NCBI GenBank assembly: GCA_030390025.1
Contig: CM059432.1
Location: 26,476,001-26,540,000 of the forward strand
DNA: 64,000 bases
Direction: 5' to 3'
DNA from: Squalus acanthias
Lineage: Eukaryota
Position numbers and translations under genes: made by a program
Notes under the pieces: generated by a model
Seen by the model: only the letters and a program-made list of their open reading frames with translations
Database searches by the model: none
Told to the model about the DNA's origin: nothing
Shown: positions 24,141 through 38,052 of the stretch, one piece after another
Numbering within the stretch: the stretch's first letter is position 1
Layout: each line of letters opens with the position of its first letter

Positions 24141-25254
24141 CCTCTTGATGGGAAAACTGGGTATAACTGCAGGTGTAAGACAAACATCTCTCTACCCTTT
24201 TCTTTCTTACATCTTGGAATTCTCAGTCGAGTTTCTCCCTCGTCTTCTTTCAGTTGAGCAGGTAATAGCTAACAAGATATATAAGTGTTATAAAAGATGC
24301 AAAGCTAGAAGTTGTAATTGGTGGTGTTCTGGTACCAATGTTTAACATGCTTGTACCAAGTTCCACTCTGGACTATTTATGTGCAAGTGTTATTCCATTT
24401 AAAACCCTGTTCTTGTATGAGTACATTAAATGAGAACAATGTTGATCTTAATTTCAACCTGAAATACAGAACTGTAAATAATGTCTGTCAATGGATTTAT
24501 TTGAGTGAAGCCTTGCTCCACTGTATGTAAAGTGCTGTGTTTGTGTTGGTTTCTTACTGACCTGTTACTTTATTTTAATACTCTATTTTCTCTCATCAGA
24601 AGAAAAGGCACTCTGAACAGGTTTACTACCCTGAGTGAAGGGGGAGTTGTTAATCATTCTGCTACTGCTGGTTTACCTTAGCTGTGAGGTGCAACTCTGG
24701 TGATTTTGGTTCAGAGGCTTGTTAGTGGCCCTGGTGTTAATGTGTTCACATAACTCTCGTGGCAGCATACATCATTCAGCTTGAGCCCAACTTCTCCTTT
24801 ACTGTCATTTTAATCCAGCTCCAGAGTCCTGATATAAGTCTGCTTGTTTTGGTGGACACTCTAGTTTTTGTTTTATTTATTTTCCTTTGCTGATGTGGAC
24901 ACAGAGGTTTGACTTTAATATTACAGTATAAGTCTCTTTGCTGCTGTTATTTTCTTTATTATGTTCTCTGGGCCTGTGGAACACAGCCTGTAAGTAGGCC
25001 AATAGGAACCCAAGTCATGTTTAATGCAGAATGATAATTTGGAGCAGCACTGACATTGCTTGCCTTACCATTCAAAAAAAATGGAACAATCTTATTATCT
25101 TGCAAGAATATTCCCCAGTCCTGAGAGACCCTGAGTTTAGTGCGTAAGAATATAAAGGTGATGATGCAGGCTGATAGACAAGTAGATAAAGAGATACATA
25201 GAGGAAAAAAAATCAATACAGATAGGTGTAAAAAGGTGGAACCAGATGGCGATA

Positions 25255-25430
25255 TTGGGGATGGAAGCGCTCTTCGGCCAAAGTGCATAATGGGCAATAG
25301 TGAGTCGGCAGCCCGTTTTACACCCCCACCGATTTTTTTTTTCATTTGACTTCTCAGGAAATGAAAATCAGGCGCAATGTAAATTGGGTTACTGATTGGG
25401 TATCGCCCATTTCACGCTTTAGCCAAAGAC
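25255..25430. mobile_element. Hairpin MITE related to 56018-56201
   Basis: aatgggcaatagtgagtcggcagcccgttttaca / tgtaaattgggttactgattgggtatcgcccattt. Confidence 0.65.
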
Positions 25431-25734
25431 CAATTACACACCCAGAGATCCAGAGAGATAATGAGAAGTCTCTCCCTCTCCTTCTCCTTCTCTCAGTTGG
25501 CCAGATAATAGCTGATAATAATATATATAAGATACAACTTGACTACATTTATTGCAAAGTGATAAAAATAGAGTTATCTACATGCATATTGATACAATAG
25601 AGAAAATTGATATAAAAGATAAAAACAGAAGAGTAAAATAGAAATAAATGGAGTCATAAACAGATAAATCCAGATGAAGAGACAGATCTAGAGAGATAAA
25701 GAGGGAAAGACAAATTAATGGAGCCTTAGAGCAT

Positions 25735-26268
25735 GCGTCATTATGGTTGTGTTGATACTCTTTCTCCTGAATCAGAAGGTTGTAGGTACAAACATCACTC
25801 CAGGACCTCAGTGCGTAGACCTGGAATTTCCTTGGGGAAATCTTCTGATCGGTGGTCAGAACTTCGGCAGAAGATCAGCAGAAACCCCATTTATGCAGCT
25901 ATCTGTGGTTTTCGATGAAGTTGCAGTAGCCAGTTGGGAGAACCCCCAAGAAAATTCCCGGCGAAAATCTGGGCTGATACTTTAGCGGAGTATTGACGGA
26001 AAGTTACATTATCATGTGTGCTGTCTCCTGGATGAAGAATTAAACCAAGCCTCCATCTGCTTATTTAGATGGATGTAAAAGATCCCATGGCACTTTTTCA
26101 AAGAAGGACAGGGAGCACTTCTACTGATCTGGCCAACCTTCATCCTCACTAAAACAGATTAACTGGTCATCTATCTCCTTCTTGTTGGTGGGACTCTGCT
26201 GCGTGCAAATTGGCAGCTGCGTTTGCCTACAAAACAACAGTGGCTACGCTTCAAAAGTAATTTGTTGG
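25735..26268 (+). mobile_element. SacSINE1-like SINE with a nested hairpin MITE (~25820-25975)
   Basis: ctgaatcagaaggttgtaggtacaa head; core gatggatgtaaaagatcccatggcac; MITE ends cctggaatttccttgggg / ccccaagaaaattcccgg. Confidence 0.7.
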
Positions 26269-26719
26269 CTGTCTCTTCTGCTAAGACTGTTTTTAAAGCT
26301 AAGCACTTTCCTTGGAGATTCAATCACCTGTTCTTGGTGTTTTAATAATTCTTCAACTCATTGATTGTAGGGGTTCTACAATTTGTCTTAGTGATCCTGG
26401 ATCAGATATGGGGGGCGGGCGGGGTGGGAAGGGAAATCAGCCAAGGTTCCTGCTCCTGATTACTATCCAGTAATTACTCCTGTTGAAAAGTGCACATATG
26501 GGTGACAGAATTGACCTTTTACTGTCAAACAATTTGACTACATTCATATTGTAGAATGGCCATTTGGGCAAGGTAGAAGTTGTTGGGCAGCACCTGTGGA
26601 GAATGTACAAGGGAGGAGTCATCATCTTCAAGAGAACAGGGGAGAAAATCAGACAAAAAGAATTCTTTGGCTTAAAACTTGAATTGGGTGTGTATTCTGT
26701 TTTGTTACCTTCAGAAGAA

Positions 26720-26975
26720 ATTAAATGAGAGAGATTTAAGACTGATAAACATTTTTACAAAACGGTTTGCGAGGCTGTGGAATGCACTAGCGAAGTTAGT
26801 GATTGAAGCAGAGGCCATGTCAGTATTAAATAATAGGTTCAATAGATGGTTGACGGAAAGGGGAATAAAGGGATATAGGAAAGGGTGGGCACATAGGTCA
26901 GGGCTCCTGATCATGTGGAGGATAAACACCAATATGGACTTGTTGGGGTAAACAGTAATCTCTATATAATCTATT
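26720..26975 (+). mobile_element. Old CR1 3' tail
   Basis: FTKRFARLWNAL...FNRWLTERGIKGY. Confidence 0.7.
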
Positions 26976-26979
26976 TTTG

Positions 26980-27170
26980 GTGGTAGTGGTCGGAGAAATG
27001 TTGGATAGGACACTGCAATACCTGCTCTTCTTTGAATAGTGCCATGGGATCTTTTACATCCACCTGAACAAGCAAACAGCACCTCAGTTTAATGTCTCAT
27101 CCAACAGATGCCTCTTGCACTGGAGCGTCAGCCTAGATCAATCTTCTGACTTAGAGCGGAGAGCACTCTC
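26980..27170 (-). mobile_element. SacSINE1-like fragment
   Basis: gaatagtgccatgggatcttttacatccacctga matches the other SINE copies. Confidence 0.7.
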
Positions 27171-27189
27171 TTGGTTGAAGTATTGGTGG

Positions 27190-28385
27190 GATGATGATGG
27201 TTTGGAGTTTGACCTCCGAGTGTGCGCAGACGCAAGCGTCGTCTGCATACTGTAATTCGATGACAGAGGATGGGATGACCTTGGATCTGGACTGGAGGCG
27301 ATGGAGGTTGAACAGTTTTCCGTTTGTTCTGTCGATTAGCTCCACTCCAGCGGGAAGCTTACTGAGGGTGAGATGGCGCATTGCAGCAAGGAAGATCGAG
27401 AAGAGCGTTGGTGCGATGACACAGCCTTGCTTGACCCCGGTCCGTACGTGAATTGGGTCTGTGGTGGATCCCTGGCCCAAGACCGCTCAAAGTGGAGGAG
27501 AAGCATCCGGGAAGGCACCGAACACCTCGAGTCTCTTCGCCGGGAGCAAGCGGAAGCCAAGCGCAAACAGCGGAAGGAGCGCACGTCAACCCAAGCACCC
27601 CACCCACCCGCCCCTTCAACCACCGTCTGCCCCACCTGTGACAGAGACTGTAGGTCCCACATTGGACTCATCAGTCACCTGAGAACTCATTTTTAGTGTG
27701 GAAGCAAGTCATCTTCGAAGTGCTCCTTCCAGCGGGCACTGACTGCCTCTCTGTCCTTGATGAGTACCTCTCCGTTCTTGGCCCGCAGTGGGGTAGGGCC
27801 TTGGGTGCTTGGGCCGTAGATGGTCTTGACTGCGCTAAAGAATCCACACACGTCGTGGTTGTCGGCTAGCTGCTGGATCTCCTGCGCTTTCTCCACCCAC
27901 CATCTGTTCTTTAGGTCGCGAGTTTTTTGTTGGACCTCGGCCTTCAGGCGTCTGTAGAGCTGCTTTCTTGCTCTCGAGTTCTGTTGCTGTTTCCAGATCA
28001 GGAATGCCTTGCGCTTGCGACTTATTAGCTCCTAGATCTCCTGGTCATTCTCGTCGAGCCAGTCTTGGTGTTTCCTGGTCGAGTGACCGAGCGTCTCTTC
28101 ACAGGTGCTGATTATGGAGGCCTTGAGTGCAGACCAGGCGCTGTGGACACTCTGTGTCTCTGCATCACTGGGAGTCGTCAGGTTGGTTGTGAGGCGCAGG
28201 CTGAATAGGGCTTTCTTAGCGGGGTCTTTGAGTGCTCCAGCGTTAATTTTCCTGCGGCATTGTTTCTGTTGCCGCCGCTGTTTTGGGGCTACATTGATGG
28301 AGATGACAGAGCGGATTAGGCGGTGGTCTGTCCAGCAGTCGTCCGCTCCTGTCATGGCTCTGGTGATGCGGACGTCCTTGCGGAA
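27190..28385 (-). mobile_element. RTE-clade LINE, rearranged: RT piece (-, 27190-27471), 3' end (+, ~27468-27720), EN/tether piece (-, 27711-28385)
   Basis: GVKQGCVIAPTLFSIF...LQYADD; CWTDHRLI, RKHQDW.DEND, ARWKEHF; C-terminal AQDRSKWRRSI and CPTCDRDCRSHIGLISH. Confidence 0.9.
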
Positions 28386-28879
28386 GGGGTTAATGGTTTC
28401 ACTTTCTGACATAAAGGCAGGTTCAGGCTACAAAGGGTTAATTCCCAGAGTTCCAGCATATTTTTCTGGTTTGATAGCAAAATGCCTGAAGCCAATGAAA
28501 TAAACAGTGGCTGGGAATGTTGATGGGAACTCCTGAGGGGAAAATGGTTAGTCATTAAAACTAATCACCTATTGTCTATATCAGGTTTGAGACAATGAAC
28601 GGGGGGGTAGTCATTAGTACATTCCAGTAATGCTTATATTGCACGCTGCTGGAGGCCTAGCTAAACAGATAATGTAATTGCCATGACTCCCACATCTAAC
28701 AGGGAGGGTGTCTCATCATGGTGGTAGCTTTGATTGACAATCCTCTACACAGAGAGCTGAGGGAGGGGTCAGAGGTCAGCCTTTTCACCGCCTCACTCTG
28801 CAGCAGATTTGAGTCCAGAACAGTCAGAATGGAATAGTGAGGTATCGCTTTTTAACATGAGTGCCAGTCCGTTCAGGGA

Positions 28880-31800
28880 TTGATGAGTGAGTTTGTAAAG
28901 TGAGTTTTGCCCATAATAAAAGGGGAAACCCACATAGTCTCTTGCTTTAATCTTGCTAATCTTGCCAATCTCCTCCCCGTCCAACTTACCCCTCCCAGCG
29001 CTGACCCTGTGGATGCTGGCAGTGGGTCAGCCATCACCGACCCTCTCCGCATCTCCCTCCAGAATGTCCATTCACTTGCGAACAAGGCCCTTGCCATCCA
29101 TGAGCTTATCATGGATGATTGCATCGACATCATGGCCCTGATGGAAACTTGGCTGAGGGGTGATGATACCTTACCCTTAAATGAAGCCTCCCCGCCTGGC
29201 TATACCTTCCACCACTTCCCCCGCTCAGATCGCCGTGGTGGCGGTGTGGCTCTCATCACCAAATCATAACTTGGTCTGTCCCCCTACTCCTCCGACACTT
29301 TCTCCTCCTTTGAACATCTCACCTTATTTCACCCCCTTCACCTCTCATTTAAAATTCTCATTCTCTACCGCCCACCCAAGTACCATAAAAATATTATTAC
29401 CGAGATATCTTCACTGCTTTCTTCCCTCAGCCTCTGCACCGAGCGACTTCTCATCCTCGGTGATTTCAACCTCCATCTCAATTCATCATGCTCTCTCTCC
29501 TCTAAGTTCACTAGCCTCCTATCCTCCCTTAATCTCTTCCTCCATGTAAACTCCTCAACACATATTCTCGGCCACCCCCTCAACCTTGTCATCTCTCGTG
29601 GTCTCGCTACTCCCATCGTGTCAATCGCAGTTAAGGCCATCTCTGACCAATTCCTCGTATCGCTCTCCACCCACATCCCCCTTCCATCACCCCCCTCCCC
29701 CGCCCCAACTCTACTTCTGTCTCTGCCCCTGAATAAACTCTCTCCCAACTCTCTTACAACTGCACTTAGTAAATCCCAACTGTCCAGCCTTTGGCCCTCA
29801 CCACCCCCTTTGATGCCCTAGTCCCTATTAAAACAATTACTCTCGCTCACCTTGGCCGTTTCCCCTGGTATGGTCCTCATCTTCGCTCCCTTAAGTCCAA
29901 GGGACGCAGACTTGAATGGATATGGTGGACAAATGGTTTAGCCATTCACTGCCACATCTGGACCACATAAAGCATTATCAGCTCCTGCTCTCGTCTGCCA
30001 AAATTGCTCACTGTTCCAGAATCATTCTGGAATGCAAAGATTAACTCGGCTTCTATTCTCCACTTCTAACCCTGAGCATCCCTGATTATAATCGCTCAAC
30101 CATTGGTGGCCGTGCCTTCTGTTGCCTAGGCCCTAAGCTCTGGAATTCCCTGCCTATACCTCTCCACCTTGCTTCCTTTCCTCCTTCAAGATGCTCCTTA
30201 AAACCTACCTCTTTGACCTAGCTTTTGGTCACCTGCCCTAATTTCTCCTTATGTGGCTCGGTGTTAAATTTTTTGTCTTTTAACACCCCTGTGAAGCGCC
30301 TTGAGACGCTTTACGATGTTAAAGGCGCTATATAAGTACAGGTTGTTGTTGTTGTCTTCTTAAACCCCTCTCCCCTGTCTCCTCCACCCTCACCTCCGAC
30401 AACAAATGTGAGGACCTCATGGACTTCTTTGACTCTAAGATTAGACCATCCATTCAGCTGCCTCTGCCACTTCCCTTCTTTACCCTAGCCCACTGGGCCA
30501 AACTTCCTCGAAGGATCCCCCCTGCCCTAGCCCTGAACTTGCATCTTTCTCCAGTTTCTCTCCGATCTCCCCTCATGACCTCTCCACACTCATCTTGTCT
30601 ATGAGACCCACTTCCTGCTCCCTCGACCCTAGTCCCACTAAACTGCTGACCACCCAACTTCCTTTTCTAGCTCCCATGTTAGCTGACATTGTTAACGGTT
30701 CTCTCTCCTCAGGTACTGTCCCCCCCACCTCCCTCAAATCTGCCGTCATCATCCCTCTCCTCAAAAAACCAACCCTTGACCCCTCCGTCCTTGCAAACTA
30801 CCGAACCATGTGCAACCTCCCTTTCCTCTCCAAAGTCCTTGAACATGTTGTCAGCTCCAAAATCCATGCCCATCTTTCCCGCAACTCCATGTTTGGATCC
30901 CTCCAATCAGGTTTCTGCCCCTGCCATAGTACCGAAAAAGCTCTCATCAGAGTCACAAATGACATCCTTTGTGACTGTGACAAAGGTAAGCTATCCCTCC
31001 TCGTCCTTTTTGATTTGTCTGCAGCCTTTGACACGGTTGACCACTCCATCCTTCTCCTACGCCTCTCCACCGTTGTCCAGCTGGGTGGGACTGCACTCGC
31101 CCGGTTCAATTCTTATCTATCGAATTGAAGCCAGAGAATCACCTGCAATGTCTTCTCTCCCCGATCGTTACCTCTGGTGTCCCCCAAGGATCTATCCTTG
31201 GCCTCCTCCTATTTCTCATCTGTATGCTGCCTCTTGGCGACATCATCCGAAAACACAGCGTCAGTTTCCACATGTACATTGACGACACCCAGCTCTACCT
31301 CCATAACATCGCCCCTCTCTGCCCTTGCCTCAGCTCATCCACTGCTAAAACCCTCATCCATGCCTTTGTTACCTCTAGACTTGACTTTTCCAATGCACTC
31401 CTGGCTGGCCTCCCACATTCTACCCTACGTAAACTTGAGGTCATCGAAAACTCGGCTGCCCGTGTCCTAACCCGCACCAAGTCCCGTTCACCCATCACCC
31501 CTGTGCTCGTTGACCTACATTAGCTCCCAGTTAAGCAACGCCTCGATTTCAAAATTCTCATCTTGTTTTCAAATCTCTCCATGGCCTCGCCCCTTCCTAT
31601 CTCTGTAATCTCCTCCAGCCCCACAACCCCCCCCCCACCCCCCCGAGATATCTGCGCTCCTCTAATTCTGGCCTCTTGAGTATCCCTGATTATAATTGCT
31701 CAACAATTGGTGGCCATGCCTTCTGTTGCCTAGGCCCTAATCTCTGGAATTCCCTGCCTAAACCTGTCCGCCTCTCTACCTCTCTTTCCTCCTTTAAGAC

Positions 31801-31975
31801 GCTCCTTAAAACCAACTTCTTTGATCAAGCTTTTGGTCACCTGCCCTAATTTCTCCTTAAGTGGCTCGGTGTCAATTTTTTTGTCTTATATTAGTCCTGT
31901 GAAGCACCTTGGGATGTTTTACTACATTAGAGGTGCTATATAAATACAAGTTGTTGTTGTTGTTGTTGTTGTTGT
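28880..31975 (+). mobile_element. L2 LINE, most of ORF2 plus 3' tail, decayed
   Basis: [71 protein letters not shown]; (GTT)n tail. Confidence 0.93.
30071..30354 (+). mobile_element. Short L2 3' end nested in the longer L2
   Basis: Near copy of 31675-31960 with its own (GTT)n tail, lying in the middle of ORF2. Confidence 0.85.
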
Positions 31976-32894
31976 ACAAATATTTTAAAGTCAAAATTAC
32001 CGAAAACAACTTTAATATCACACGATGACAACACAAATGAGGAAGACCATTCAGCCAATTATAGATCATCCATTTAAAAAACTTCCAGTTTCCACAAGAC
32101 AGCATACAATAATCTCACCATACCCGTCCCCACCCCCCCCCCCCCCCCATTAAAATCAGGGCATAAATCGTTCATTTAAAAAAAACAGGGTCCCTAACTC
32201 CACTCCCTGAGCACCTCACCCTGACAAAACTCCCCTAAAAAAATACCTGCAGCCTCCTTTCTGCCAGTCAATTTATGCCATATGCAGGTTTCACGTTAGA
32301 TGCCCATTGCTTTAATCTTAACAGCAACCATTCATGAGGAACTTTATCAAAAGCTTTAATATAAGTGCCATTACAGTGAGTTGCTGCTGTGGGGGAAAAA
32401 AAAACAGAAGGTCGGAAAGATGAATTTCATAAATAAAGATCATTATGGTAATATGAGGAAAAGTGCCTAAAAATGGTTTGCCGTGACCTATTTTTGTGCT
32501 TTTTTAATAAAGGTGCTTTGCAGAGCTGAGCCATGTTTTCAAAGATTCTAAAACTGTCAAAACTCTTGAGGTGCTACATGATAATTAGTCCCACCGAGTA
32601 AAAAGAGAACAAAGAAGAGGGTGACATTAGTACTAGTTTCCTTCATCAATTCTCAGCCCACAGCCAACAAGGTGCAGAATAAAACAAGGATCAATAGACA
32701 ATTTTGAGAATGCTGGACCCTATTGAACTATTCAGCATTCTTTGAGTGCTGGAGCCAAACTGCGGCATAGGCCTTGATTTTAACTCCCCCGCATCACCCC
32801 CTGCGGAAACCAGGCAGGGTGGACAGTTAAAATGGAGCAGGGGACTTACCCACTCCTTTCCCATCATGATTTGACCGACTGCAATTTTAAATTG

Positions 32895-35800
32895 GTAGGT
32901 ATGAGGGGCGAGTTGGCTAAGGTAGATTGGGAAACTACATTAAAAGGTATGATGGTAGACAAGGAATGGCTAGCATTTAAAGAATGAATACATAATTTAC
33001 AACAAATATACATTCTTCAAAGGCACAAAAACCCCACAGGAAATGTGGTCCAACCGTGGCTAACAAGAGAAGTTAAAGATAGTAATAGATCAAAGGAAGA
33101 GGCTTATAATGTTGCCAAAAAGAGTAGCAAGCCTGAGGATTGGGAGGATTTTAGAATTCAGCAAAGGAGGGCCAAGAAATTGACAAAGAAAGGGAATATA
33201 GAATATGAGAGTAAACTAGCGAGAGACATAAAAACAGACTGTAAAAGCTTCTATAGGTATGTAAAAAGGAAAAGGTTAGCAAAAGTAAATGTGGGTCCCT
33301 TACAGGCTGAGACAGGAGAAATTATAATGGGGAATAAGGAAATGGCAGAGACATTAAACAAATACTTTGGCCACGATTTTATTGGCACTGAGAGGACGAT
33401 TTTGGAGGCGGGTCAAGAGTTAAAATTGTTTTGATTGACGACAGTTCTGATCCCGCTGTCAACCCAACTCCAAACAATTTTTCCAAGTGTTGGGTTCCCG
33501 ATTTGCACATGGACCCGGCACCTAGCGGCGGGAAGAGGATTAAAGCCACTTACCTGCCTGTTAACAAGTTCTTGACAGTTGTTAACAGGCTCTTTTTCAA
33601 TTTTGCTGCTTCTGCCTCGGGGTTCTCGAGGTCTGGACACCACGCCAGGTAAGTGTGGTGTGTTGTGAGTCTGCTGTAATGTATCTGCATTGATGACAGC
33701 TGCAGAAGTGGTGTGAATGATCCAATGGTGCACTGGTGAGTTTCAGAGGTAAGAAAATATTGGGAAAATCATTTTTAATGCATTTACACTTTTCTGTAGG
33801 GAACAAGTCTTGAAATCGATGTCTAGTCCCACCTCATTGGGAGAACCTCTCTCACCAGTGACAGATCGCTTCTGTAACCTTACCTGCAGCTGCCATCTGT
33901 TCTAGCCTATGGAGAGAGTCATTGGAGAGCCTAGGTGCAAGAGCTCACCTTTGTACCATGATTGTCAGTGTTTGCAGCACCTCAACGCTGTCAAACACTG
34001 AGAAATGAGCTGTCAAAAAAAAATTGTGCGTGGTCCCTTTCAGAAAACCGGCAGATGACGCATCATCAAATGATGTCAACTGACCGGCTTCCTTTTAATT
34101 GGCCAGCAAGCCCGCAGGGCGGGCTTAACAAGGCCAATCAACGTAAAATCATGTCTGTGGGCCGGATGCAGTTGGTGGTGGGACTGGAACCCGGAAACCA
34201 CCTGACCCGCATCCAATGACAAAATTGCAGCCTGTGTGTCTGTCTTCATGGAAGAAGATGCAAAAAACTTCCTGGAAATAGTGGACAACCAAGGGTCTAG
34301 CAAGAATGAGGAACTGAAAGATATTAGTAAAAAAAAGTAGTACTGGAGAAACTAATGGGACTGAAAGCCGATAAATCCCCTGGACCTGATGGCTTACATC
34401 CTAGGGTTTTGAAAGAGTTGGCTATAGAGATAGTGGATGCATTGGTTGTTATTTCCACAATTCCATAGATTCTAGAACGGTTCCCGCGGATTGGAAGGTA
34501 GCAAATGTAACCCCACTATGTACGAAAGGAGGGAGAGAGAGCTACAGACCAGTTAACCTGACATCAGTAGTAGGGAAAATGCTAGAGTCTATTATTCAGG
34601 ACGTGGTAACAGGGCACTTAGAAAATAATAATAGGATTGGGCAGAGTCAACACGGATTTATGAAAGGGAAATTGTGTTTGGCAAATCTGTTAGAGTTTTT
34701 TGAGGTTGTAACTAGTGGATGTAGTGTATTTGGATTTTCAGAAGGCATTTGATAAGGTGCCACACAAGAGGTTATTAAACAAAATTTAGGGTTCATGGGA
34801 TTGGGGGTAATATACTAGCATGGATTGAGGATTGGTTAATGGACAGAAAACAGAGAGTAGGAATAAACGGGACATTTTCGGGTTGGCAGGTTGTAACTAG
34901 TGCGATACCGCAAGGATCAGTGCTTGGGCCTCAGCTATTTACAATCTACATCAATGATTTGGATGAGGGGACCAAATGTAATATTTCCAAGTTTGCTGAT
35001 GATACAAAGCTGGGTGGAAATGTAAGTTGTGAAGAAGATGTAAGGAGGCTTCAAGGGGATATAGACAGGCTAAGTGAGTGGGCAAGAACATGGCAAATGG
35101 AATATAATGTGGAGAAATGTGAAGTTATCCACTTTGGTCGGAAAAACAGAAAAGCAGAGTATTTTTTAAATGTTGAGAGATTGGGAAATGTTGGTGTTCA
35201 GAGGGACCTGCGTGTCCTTGTACACGAATCACTGAAAGTTAACATGCAGGTACAGCAAGCAATTAGGAAAGCCAATGGTATGATGGCCTTTATTACAAGA
35301 TGATTTGAGTATAAGAGTAAAGACGTCTTACTGCAATTATATAGGGCCCTGGTGAGACCACACCTGGAGTATTGTGTACAGTTGTGGTCTCCTTACCAAA
35401 GGAAGGATATACTTACCATAGAGGGAGTGCAACGGAGGTTCACCAGTATGGTTCCTAGGATGGGGAGGGATTATCCTATGAGGACAGATTGAGTAGACTA
35501 GGCCTATATTCTCTAGAGTTTCGAAGAATGAGAGGTGATCTCATTGAAACATACAAAATTCTTACAGGGCTTGACAGGGTAGATGCAGGGAGGATGTTTC
35601 CCCTGGCTGGGGAGTCTAGAACCAGGGGTCATTGTCTCAGAATAAGGGGTCGGCCATTTAGGACTGAGATGAGGAGAAATGTCTTCACTCAGAGGGTGGT
35701 GAATCTTTGGAATTCTCTACCCTAGAGGGCTGTGGAGGCTCAGTCGTTTTGTATATTCAAGACAGAGATCGATAGATTTTTGAATATTAAGGGAATCAAG

Positions 35801-35922
35801 GGATATGGGGATAGTTCAAGAAAGTGGAGATGAGGTAGATGGTCAGCCAGGATCTTATTGAATGGCGGTGCAGGCTCAAAGGGCCAAATGGCCTACTCCT
35901 GCTCCTATTTCTTATGTTCTTA
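32895..35922 (+). mobile_element. 5'-truncated CR1 (tether to 3'UTR) with nested MITE
   Basis: ORFs 33045-33434, 34839-35303 and 35489-35725 are CR1 ORF2 pieces; tail cttatgttcttat. Confidence 0.92.
33369..34232. mobile_element. Harbinger-derived MITE family B, copy 2 (more diverged)
   Basis: Ends ggccacgatttt / aaaattgcagcc, TSD TTT/TGT, colinear with 14105-14907. Confidence 0.88.
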
Positions 35923-37447
35923 TAGACCTGGACATTTCTAGGGCCCTGCGCCGCTGGTGTAAGGGCAGCAAAGCAAACCCTTGCCCAAGACCAGAGAACC
36001 CATCCCTATTCCGAGGGATGAGCTCATGTGCATATCCACGGTAGGCTGTCAGTGCCTGCAAGGTGGCATCAGCCCAACCCAATCTGCCCTCCTAAGGTTG
36101 AGTGGCTCCTTGCCATTCTGCCTGAAGTCCCTCCGAGGCTCAACTGAAGTCTTCTGCTGCTACTGGAACCATTACGTCACTAGAGAAGGTAACTGATCCC
36201 TTCTTGGATCAATTATTTCACTAGTAAAGGTCTGAAGGCCTCAATGTGATTCATGTCAGGTCTCAGCTGAGGCCTTTCAAGCGTGTAAAGCGAGGAATTC
36301 CCTGGAGAAGCCCAGGATCTCCCCTTGAAGTGCCCTCTTGATATGGGAGGGGAGCAGTGCAAGATTTGCCCATGTCTCCCCCAACATGAATTTAAAGGTC
36401 AGGTCTAAATGGGGCAACTAATCAGTCTGAGCAAGTTTTAAAGCCAGGACCATGAGGTAAAAGAACAATTCCGCAATTGCTGTGCACCTAGTGCCCCCAA
36501 TTCAATGACTCCTCACATTGTTAATACAAATTCAAAAGAATATTGTACATTAAATAGAACAAAAGTAACAATGAAGTTTGAAAATCACAGAGGGTTGAGA
36601 GAGAATTCAAAATACTGAATGCTTTATGCCTCAGTTTAAATCTCACAGGAGTCAAAAAAATGAATCAAATATTTGCCTAACGTCAGACAAGTTTTCAATG
36701 CATCACTGACCTGTCAAAAAAAGACTTGGAGCAAACCTTGCTGGTAATCATTTTCCTAGAATCTGATTATCTGAGACATGTATAGTAACGACCACTGATA
36801 GCACAGAAATGATAGTGGTTCAAGTCCATTGCACCTCAATCCCCTTCGCCCATCTTCCCCCAAACTGTAAAATACAGGATTCTTGTTGCATCCTAATTGT
36901 CTGTTTTAGAAGAAAAGATATGAAAATTATTTTTATGACAATATTATGTGCTGATGCTGAAAAATAAAATAAAATAAAATACTGGTTATATAGGAAGCTA
37001 TGAGTGGATATGTTAACCATTATTTCCTGTTTGGGTGAGGTAGTCCATTTTGAGATTTTTAGCTTTTCAGGAAATCAAAATCAAACTTTTCTTAAATAAA
37101 ATTTGTTGATTTTGGATTGAACTACTAAAAGGAAACAGTCAACAGAGGAAACAGAAGCTGATATTCGGCCTAATATCAACATTGAACAGCATCATACAAC
37201 TGGAACTATGCCTCAGGATCTCCACCACATGATGGAGCTCAAAGTAAGTCAGAATGGCCCAAGGACCCATCAGCATTGTCCTCAATTCTAGAAAAGGCAT
37301 TCAGATTCAGTTATGATCGAGCATTTCCCCGAGATTTTCATCTCTCAGCCCTTCACGCCAAGGGTCTTCCTCATCCGATTTGAGTTTCCTTTTCCCGACA
37401 TGTTACTTGTGTTCACAGCCAGACAACAATTTCCAGAACTACACTAA

Positions 37448-38052
37448 GGAGTAGAAATTGGTTTGAGGCCAGTGTGAACTGAACACAAGAAATAATACCT
37501 GAACGGGAACTGGTAGGCCCGAAGCCTGATCGATCGGACGTTGGGCCTCATTTTAATAAGACCAGCGAGCTGCGGACACGTACCACGCCCCCTCAGGCAC
37601 CTCGCCGGCAAAGCGAGGTTGAATGGCGAGCTGTTGAGACGCCGGCAGTACCCCTCGGGCCAGGCCTGTGAGTGTTGGAGGCGATCGGGAGGTAGCCTGA
37701 AAGGGGGCCGCCAGTGGGCCACAGTAATGCTGAGGAGTTGCGAGGAGCACCCCTGCTCCTCCTGGCTCCACATTACGGCAAGAATATTTTTTAAAAACTT
37801 ACATTTTTGGCGGCAGCCTTTAAGGACCACTGGTTAGGCCGTATGTAAACCAATTAATCCTTAGTGGAGCCTGCTCTAGTCAGAGCAAATTAATTTCTAG
37901 AATGGGTCCTCAAACCGGCGTTAGGCTGTTTATTCGGATATTAAAGGGGCCTAACACCTGTTTTAGGCTGACTTCAGGGATACCTCTACAGCGCCTGAAT
38001 TAATATGGCGTCAGAGGTTTTTCTGACTCTGGGCATAGGAAGTTGGCCCCCT
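37448..38052. mobile_element. GC/CpG-rich non-autonomous DNA-transposon-like element
   Basis: CpG-rich block; ggcgttaggc...ggggcctaacacctgttt hairpin shared with 44865-44890; the termini match poorly. Confidence 0.5.

Noticed and set aside
37071..37243. Exon-like segment (ttttcag|...aaa|gtaagt)
   Set aside because: The frame ending in MPQDLHHMMELK has in-frame stops soon after the acceptor and the peptide is unrecognised. A non-coding or start exon cannot be excluded but is unsupported.
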